DNA of 64,000 nucleotides. It comes from Sphaerotilus sp. (lineage in GTDB: Bacteria > Pseudomonadota > Gammaproteobacteria > Burkholderiales > Burkholderiaceae_C). The position numbers and the translations under genes were made by a program. This document shows, in pieces, positions 59,716 through 64,000 of the stretch (its first letter is position 1; each line of letters opens with the position of its first letter). The DNA lies in the NCBI RefSeq assembly GCF_034519685.1, contig NZ_JAXHOF010000003.1:528967-592966 (forward strand). Reading direction: 5' to 3'. A model generated the notes under the pieces. It was not told the DNA's origin. It did not search any database and worked only from the letters and a program-made list of their open reading frames with translations.

Positions 59716-60765
59716 ATGTCCCGTACCGCAACGATTCGCGCCACTCTGCTCGCCTTCGGCCTTGCCGCCGGTGCAGTGGCCGCCCAAGCCCAGGACGCCA
59801 AGGTCCTGCGCCTGTACAGCGCCCGGCACTACCAGACCGATGAGGCGCTGTACGCCAACTTCACCAAGGCGACGGGCATCCGCATCGACCGTGTGGATGC
59901 CGACGACGCCGGCATCCTGGCGCGCCTGAAGAGCGAAGGCGCGGCCAGCCCGGCCGACGTGGTGTTGCTCGTTGACGCGGCCCGCTTGTGGAAGGCCGAG
60001 GCCGACGGACTCTTCGCCCCGGTACGGTCCGCCGTGCTCGAGCAACGCCTGCCCGCCACCTTGCGCGGCAAGGACAGCGGCCAGGGTTCGGCCTGGTTCG
60101 GCTACTCGACACGCGCCCGTGTCGTCGTCTACAACAAGGCCGGCGTGAAGAAGGAAGACGTCGACACCTACGCTGAACTGGCCGACCCGAAGAACAAGGG
60201 CCGTGTCTGCACACGTTCCGGTTCGCACCCCTACAACCTCTCCCTCTTCGGCTCGATGCTCGAACGTGTCGGCCCCGAAAGGGCCGAGGCCTGGCTGCAG
60301 GGCGTGGTGGCCAACATGGCTCGCGCGCCCAAGGGAGGCGACACCGACCAGATCAAGGCCGTGGCATCCGGAGAGTGCCAGGTGGCCCTGACCAACAGCT
60401 ACTACCTGGCGCGGCTGATGCGCTCCGACAAGGCCGAGGACCGCGCCGTCGTCGACAAGGTCGGCGTCGTGTTCCCCGACCAAGACGGTGCCGGCACGCA
60501 TGTCAACGTCTCAGGCGGCGGAATGGCGGCCCACGCCAAGAATCGCCAGGCTGCCGTGCAGTTCCTCGAATACCTGGCCAGCGACGAGGCGCAGAGCTAC
60601 TTTGCCAACGGCAACAACGAGTGGCCGGCGGTGCGCGGCGTCAAGGTCGCCAACCCCGCGCTCGATGCCTTCGGCTCTTTCAGGCAAGAAGCCGTGCCGG
60701 TGGCCGCAGTAGGCGCCAATCAGGCCAAGGTGCAGCAGATGCTGGACCGCGTCGGCTACAAGTGA
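59716..60765 (+). CDS. fbpA: Fe(3+) ABC transporter periplasmic binding protein (FbpA/AfuA-like)
   Basis: 349 aa. Signal peptide. LYSARHYQTDEALY..., ...GGDTDQIKAVASGEC..., NSYY motif. SD AAGGAG upstream. Confidence 0.9.
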   Translation: MSRTATIRATLLAFGLAAGAVAAQAQDAKVLRLYSARHYQTDEALYANFTKATGIRIDRVDADDAGILARLKSEGAASPADVVLLVDAARLWKAEADGLFAPVRSAVLEQRLPATLRGKDSGQGSAWFGYSTRARVVVYNKAGVKKEDVDTYAELADPKNKGRVCTRSGSHPYNLSLFGSMLERVGPERAEAWLQGVVANMARAPKGGDTDQIKAVASGECQVALTNSYYLARLMRSDKAEDRAVVDKVGVVFPDQDGAGTHVNVSGGGMAAHAKNRQAAVQFLEYLASDEAQSYFANGNNEWPAVRGVKVANPALDAFGSFRQEAVPVAAVGANQAKVQQMLDRVGYK

Positions 60766-61896
60766 CCGGCCGACGCGTCGCCGTTGCGTGAGATCGTGCG
60801 CGCCAGCAGGATGACCGGCGCCAGGCCCACGGCAACGATGGCCAGCGATGGCAGCGCCGCCTCGGCCAGGCGCTCGTCGCGCGCCAGGTTGTAGGCCACG
60901 ACCGCCAGGGTGTCGCTGCCGAACGGGCGCAGCACGAGCGTCGCCGGCAGTTCCTTCATCGTGTCGACGAAGACCAGCAGACCGGCCGCCAGCGCCGAAC
61001 GCCGCAGCAGCGGCAAGTGCAGGCGGCCAAACAGGCGCAGCGGACCCCCACCCAGCATGCGCGAGGTCTCGCCCACCGCCATCGGGATGCGCGCGTAGCC
61101 GGCCTCGACGCTCTGCATCGCCACCGCAGAAAAACGCACGAGATAGGCGAACATCACACCCGTCACGGTGCCCGTGAATAGCGACGACACGCCGCTGTCT
61201 GGCCAACGCGACTGCAAGCATGCCACCGGCAGCAGGATGCCGATGGCTACCACCGCACCCGGTATCGCGTAGCCCAGCGACAGCACCCTCGCCGGCAGTG
61301 ACCGCCGGCCGCGCCAGCGGCAAGGCCACGTCGGCGGTGCGGCGCAGCGGGCCGGCGCCGAGCAGACGCGCGGCTTCGAGCAGATGCTGCGCGCGCTCGC
61401 CAAGCGCCGTACGCGTGAGCAGGTAGACATACGGGTAGAGGCTGAAGACGAACAGCAGCATCGCTCCGGGCAGTCTGCGCACGTCCGGCCACAACGGCGC
61501 CTGCCCCCCGAACGCGTGGCGCAGCGCGCTTTGCACCGGGCCGCTGAACTGCAGTGCATCGGTATAGGCATACGCCATCACGTAGGCCGGCATCGCCAGC
61601 GGCAGCAGCAGTGCCCACTCGAACACGGCCCGCCCGGGAAACCTGCTCAGCGCGACGGCCACTGCCGTGCCCATGCCCAGCAGCGCCACACCCGCCGCGA
61701 CGCCGAGACACAGCCACAGTGACTGCGTTGCGCATCCGGCAAGTACCGTTTCGGCCTGGTGGCGCAGCAGCGCGTAGGCATGGGCATCGAAGGCCAGCCA
61801 CGAGGCGAAGATCGCGACCACCGGCAAGGCCAGCAACGCGCAGGCGAGCGTCAGCAGGCCGCGCACGAACCGTCCCCTCGCCCAGACTCGGCGCAA
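60756..61896 (-). pseudogene. iron(III) ABC permease (FbpB-like), internally deleted and frameshifted, on the strand opposite fbpA/fbpC
   Basis: The first half (TTG 61896, ...EAARLLGAGPLRRTADVALPLARPAVTAG) is in one frame. The last ~190 aa (RVLSLGYAIPGAVVAIG...VDTMKELPATLVLRPFG...) are in another frame. The junction is near 61290-61300. About 150 aa expected between the halves are missing. Confidence 0.6.
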
Positions 61897-61967
61897 GGCC
61901 CGCTCCGCGCTTGCGCAAACAGAATGGGAACGATTGTTGTTGTCATTGGCGTCGATGTCATAGGTGA

Positions 61968-63044
61968 ATGCAACTCCAGCTCGATGGCGTCGACGTCCGC
62001 TACGCACGCGGCCGCGGGGAGCGGGGCGCGGTTGATCAGGTCTCGCTCGACTTGCCGGCCGGCCGGATCGGCGTGCTCGTCGGTCCTTCGGGCTGCGGCA
62101 AGACCTCGCTGCTGCGCGCCATCGCCGGCCTCGAGCGGCTGGCCGGCGGCAGCATCGCAATGGAAGGGCATTTGCTCGCCGACGCACGCGAAGGCCTGCA
62201 CGTCGCCGCCGAGCAGCGACGCATCGGCATGGTGTTCCAGGACTACGCCCTGTTCCCGCACCTGAGCGTCGCGGACAACGTGGCCTACGGGCTGCACCAC
62301 ATGCCTCGCGCACAGCGGGCCGAGCGTGTGCGCCGGGTGCTGGACCTGCTGGGGCTTGCCGATGCCGCCGCGCGCGCTCCGCATCGGCTGTCCGGCGGCC
62401 AACAGCAACGGGTCTCACTGGCGCGGTCACTGGCGCCGTCGCCGCGGCTGCTGCTGCTGGACGAGCCGTTCTCCAGCCTCGACCCGGACCTGCGCGAGCG
62501 CCTTGCGCAGGACGTTCGCAGCATTCTGCGCGAGCACGGCACGACGGCGCTGGTCGTCACGCACGACCAGTTCGAGGCCTTCGCGCTGGGCGACTCGGTC
62601 GGGGTGATGAACCACGGCCGGCTCGAGCAGTGGGCCGATTCGTATACCGTCTACCACCGCCCGGCGACACGCTTCGTCGCCGGGTTCATTGGCCAGGGCG
62701 TATTCGCACCGGCCCGCATCGTGAGCAACGGCGATGGCCGGCTTGTGCAGACGCCGCTGAGCACGTTGCACCAAGCGGTCGCGCCGCCAGACGATCCTGA
62801 AGGCAGCTGCGAGGTGCTGCTGCGTGCTGACGACGTGGTGCACGACGATCAAAGCCCCGTGAAGGCGCGCGTCGAGCGCAAGATCTTCCGCGGCGCGGAG
62901 TTCCTCTACACGCTGCGCCTGGGCAGCGGCGAGCAGGTGCTGGCGCTTGTGCCGTCGCACCACGATCACGCGGTCGGCGAGTGGATCGGCATCAGGCCGG
63001 ACATCGGCCACGTCGTGACCTTCGCTCACCCGGCGCAGACCTGA
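61968..63044 (+). CDS. fbpC: iron(III) ABC transporter ATP-binding protein (FbpC-like)
   Basis: 358 aa. Walker A GPSGCGKTS, signature LSGGQQQR, Walker B LLLLDEP. Confidence 0.9.
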   Translation: MQLQLDGVDVRYARGRGERGAVDQVSLDLPAGRIGVLVGPSGCGKTSLLRAIAGLERLAGGSIAMEGHLLADAREGLHVAAEQRRIGMVFQDYALFPHLSVADNVAYGLHHMPRAQRAERVRRVLDLLGLADAAARAPHRLSGGQQQRVSLARSLAPSPRLLLLDEPFSSLDPDLRERLAQDVRSILREHGTTALVVTHDQFEAFALGDSVGVMNHGRLEQWADSYTVYHRPATRFVAGFIGQGVFAPARIVSNGDGRLVQTPLSTLHQAVAPPDDPEGSCEVLLRADDVVHDDQSPVKARVERKIFRGAEFLYTLRLGSGEQVLALVPSHHDHAVGEWIGIRPDIGHVVTFAHPAQT

Positions 63045-63106
63045 ATCGACGCAGACGGCGCCGGCCGGACAGTGCGCTGGCTCCTGGCGCGCGAACCCAT
63101 CTTGTA

Positions 63107-63125
63107 AATGCGAACGCGTCGCATT
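63107..63125. promoter_or_regulatory. Fur-box-like inverted repeat AATGCGA-N5-TCGCATT
   Basis: Lies 54 nt upstream of the bfd ATG. Second copy of the 59669-59687 element. Confidence 0.5.
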
Positions 63126-63178
63126 ACACTGCAAGCCTCCGTCCCGCGCATCGACGGCTTGTCCTTCGAAACGCCCCC

Positions 63179-63412
63179 ATGATCGTCTGCCTCTGCCATC
63201 GCGTTTCGCACCACGACATCGCCTCGGCCGTGCGGCGCGGCTGCGCCACCTTCGATGCGCTGCAGGACGAGTTGCGAGTGGCCACGGGCTGCGGCGCCTA
63301 CGAGCCGTGTGCACGCGAGCTTCATGCCGCGTGTGCGCGTGCCCCGGGCCAAGCCCCCGTCCTCTTTGCCGTTGCGCCGCGAGGCCGAGTGCCGGAGACC
63401 CTGCATGCCTGA
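63179..63412 (+). CDS. bfd: bacterioferritin-associated ferredoxin (Bfd-like 2Fe-2S)
   Basis: 77 aa. MIVCLCHRVSHHDI...GCGAYEPC has the Cys spacing typical of Bfd. Confidence 0.75.
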   Translation: MIVCLCHRVSHHDIASAVRRGCATFDALQDELRVATGCGAYEPCARELHAACARAPGQAPVLFAVAPRGRVPETLHA

Positions 63413-63629
63413 CGTCCTTCCCCTGCGACAGCCGACGGCGCCACGTTCCAGTCACGCCCTGACTCCGACCCCTGCCGCGGGATCGCCTGCCCCGTCGCCG
63501 GCATCCGATACGCCTCGACTGAGCAGCGCGCAGCTCTTCGGCCAGGGCAGCGAGGTGCACATCGAGCATGGCGACGCGCTGTACCGGCTGCGCATCACCT
63601 CGCTCGGCAAGCTGATCCTCACGAAGTAG
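63405..63629 (+). CDS. hemP: hemin uptake protein HemP
   Basis: 74 aa. C-terminal EVHIEHGDALYRLRITSLGKLILTK is the HemP signature. Overlaps the bfd end by 8 nt. Confidence 0.75.
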   Translation: MPDVLPLRQPTAPRSSHALTPTPAAGSPAPSPASDTPRLSSAQLFGQGSEVHIEHGDALYRLRITSLGKLILTK

Positions 63630-63723
63630 AAGGAAGCACAAGAGTACACCGCACCTCCTTCTCCGCCCACCCCGCACCCGCCAGCCGGAGCCAGCACCTG
63701 CAACACCTCGCCAGGACCACCAC

Positions 63724-64000
63724 GTGCTCACCAAGAACAACGAGATTCCCGGCCTGTCCCCGCTCGCCCTGGCCCTTGGCCTGGCGTGGAGCTTCGCGCC
63801 GCTGACTGCTGCCGCGCAGAGCCCCGCAACACCGGTCGCCAAGGCCGACGAAGCGCTGCCCGAGATCAGCGTCACCGCCACGCGCACGCCGCGCAAGGTG
63901 GACGAGGTTCCGGTGACCGTCACCGTCACGCCGGCCAGGGACATCGAGAAGTCCGGCGCACGCGACATCAAGGACGTGTTCCGCGACGAGCTCGACGTCA
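63724..64000 (+). CDS. TonB-dependent (heme/hemin-type) receptor, 5' part, runs off the window
   Basis: GTG start. Signal peptide. TonB-box-like LPEISVTATRTP and the start of the plug domain. Confidence 0.7.
   Translation, partial: MLTKNNEIPGLSPLALALGLAWSFAPLTAAAQSPATPVAKADEALPEISVTATRTPRKVDEVPVTVTVTPARDIEKSGARDIKDVFRDELDV

Noticed and set aside
61897-61967. AATGGGAACGATTGTTGTTGTCATT in the permease/fbpC divergent region, considered as a third Fur box.
   Set aside because: Only the outer AATG/CATT bases are symmetric. It does not share the AATGCGA half-sites of the two convincing copies.
60511-62430. 639-aa minus-strand ORF spanning the fbpA 3' end, the permease and the fbpC 5' end.
   Set aside because: Only its central ~200 residues look like a permease. 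The rest is Arg/Gly/Ala-rich antisense sequence of fbpA and fbpC. It was replaced by the pseudogene call 60756-61896.

Overview
GC-rich proteobacterial window; the gene content looks betaproteobacterial, and I could run no database search. It has three parts.

(1) 1-20.0 kb plus 42.9-45.6 kb is the backbone of a mobile element. No relaxase or T4SS gene lies inside the window, so ICE versus plasmid-derived island cannot be decided. It carries:
- a ParM-like ATPase with a coupled small gene;
- a tyrosine recombinase;
- a frameshifted ParB/Srx-like gene;
- an Ntn-hydrolase-like gene coupled to a CoiA-like nuclease gene that contains an in-frame TAG;
- a co-directional array of 15 small, tightly coupled ORFs, including a RadC-like JAB protein and a TIM-barrel metalloenzyme-like protein, preceded by recurrent GC-rich, partly SD-occluding hairpins;
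- an Mre11/SbcD-like plus Rad50/SbcC-like pair with a 427-aa Cys-cluster protein.

(2) 20.0-42.9 kb is a ~23-kb Cu/Ag/Hg resistance block sitting exactly between the SbcD-like and SbcC-like genes. It contains:
- a Scs-like thiol-redox set (DsbD, DsbC/G, TlpA-SCO1 fusion) with a multicopper oxidase, a BNR beta-propeller, cytochrome c, a P-II-like protein and a Rieske pseudogene;
- a TetR module;
- cusCBA with a coupled cytochrome c;
- merRTPCA.
No transposase is present in the block.

(3) 45.7-64 kb looks chromosomal: an AAA ATPase + TPR pair, cobC-cobS-cobT, a bioB 3' remnant, an IS66-family element without target-site duplication, thiE, PepSY, a FecI/FecR/TonB-receptor set, fbpA, a decayed opposite-strand permease, fbpC, bfd, hemP and the start of a second TonB receptor.

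The best candidates for something undescribed are:
- the Ntn-hydrolase/nuclease cassette (6513-9181);
- the hairpin-controlled small-ORF array with its TIM-barrel triad (9.6-17.5 kb);
- the SbcD/SbcC-like trio;
- an orphan opposite-strand terminator upstream of radC.

All functional calls come from motif recognition by eye. Several frame disruptions sit in short repeats or homopolymers and could be sequencing artefacts.
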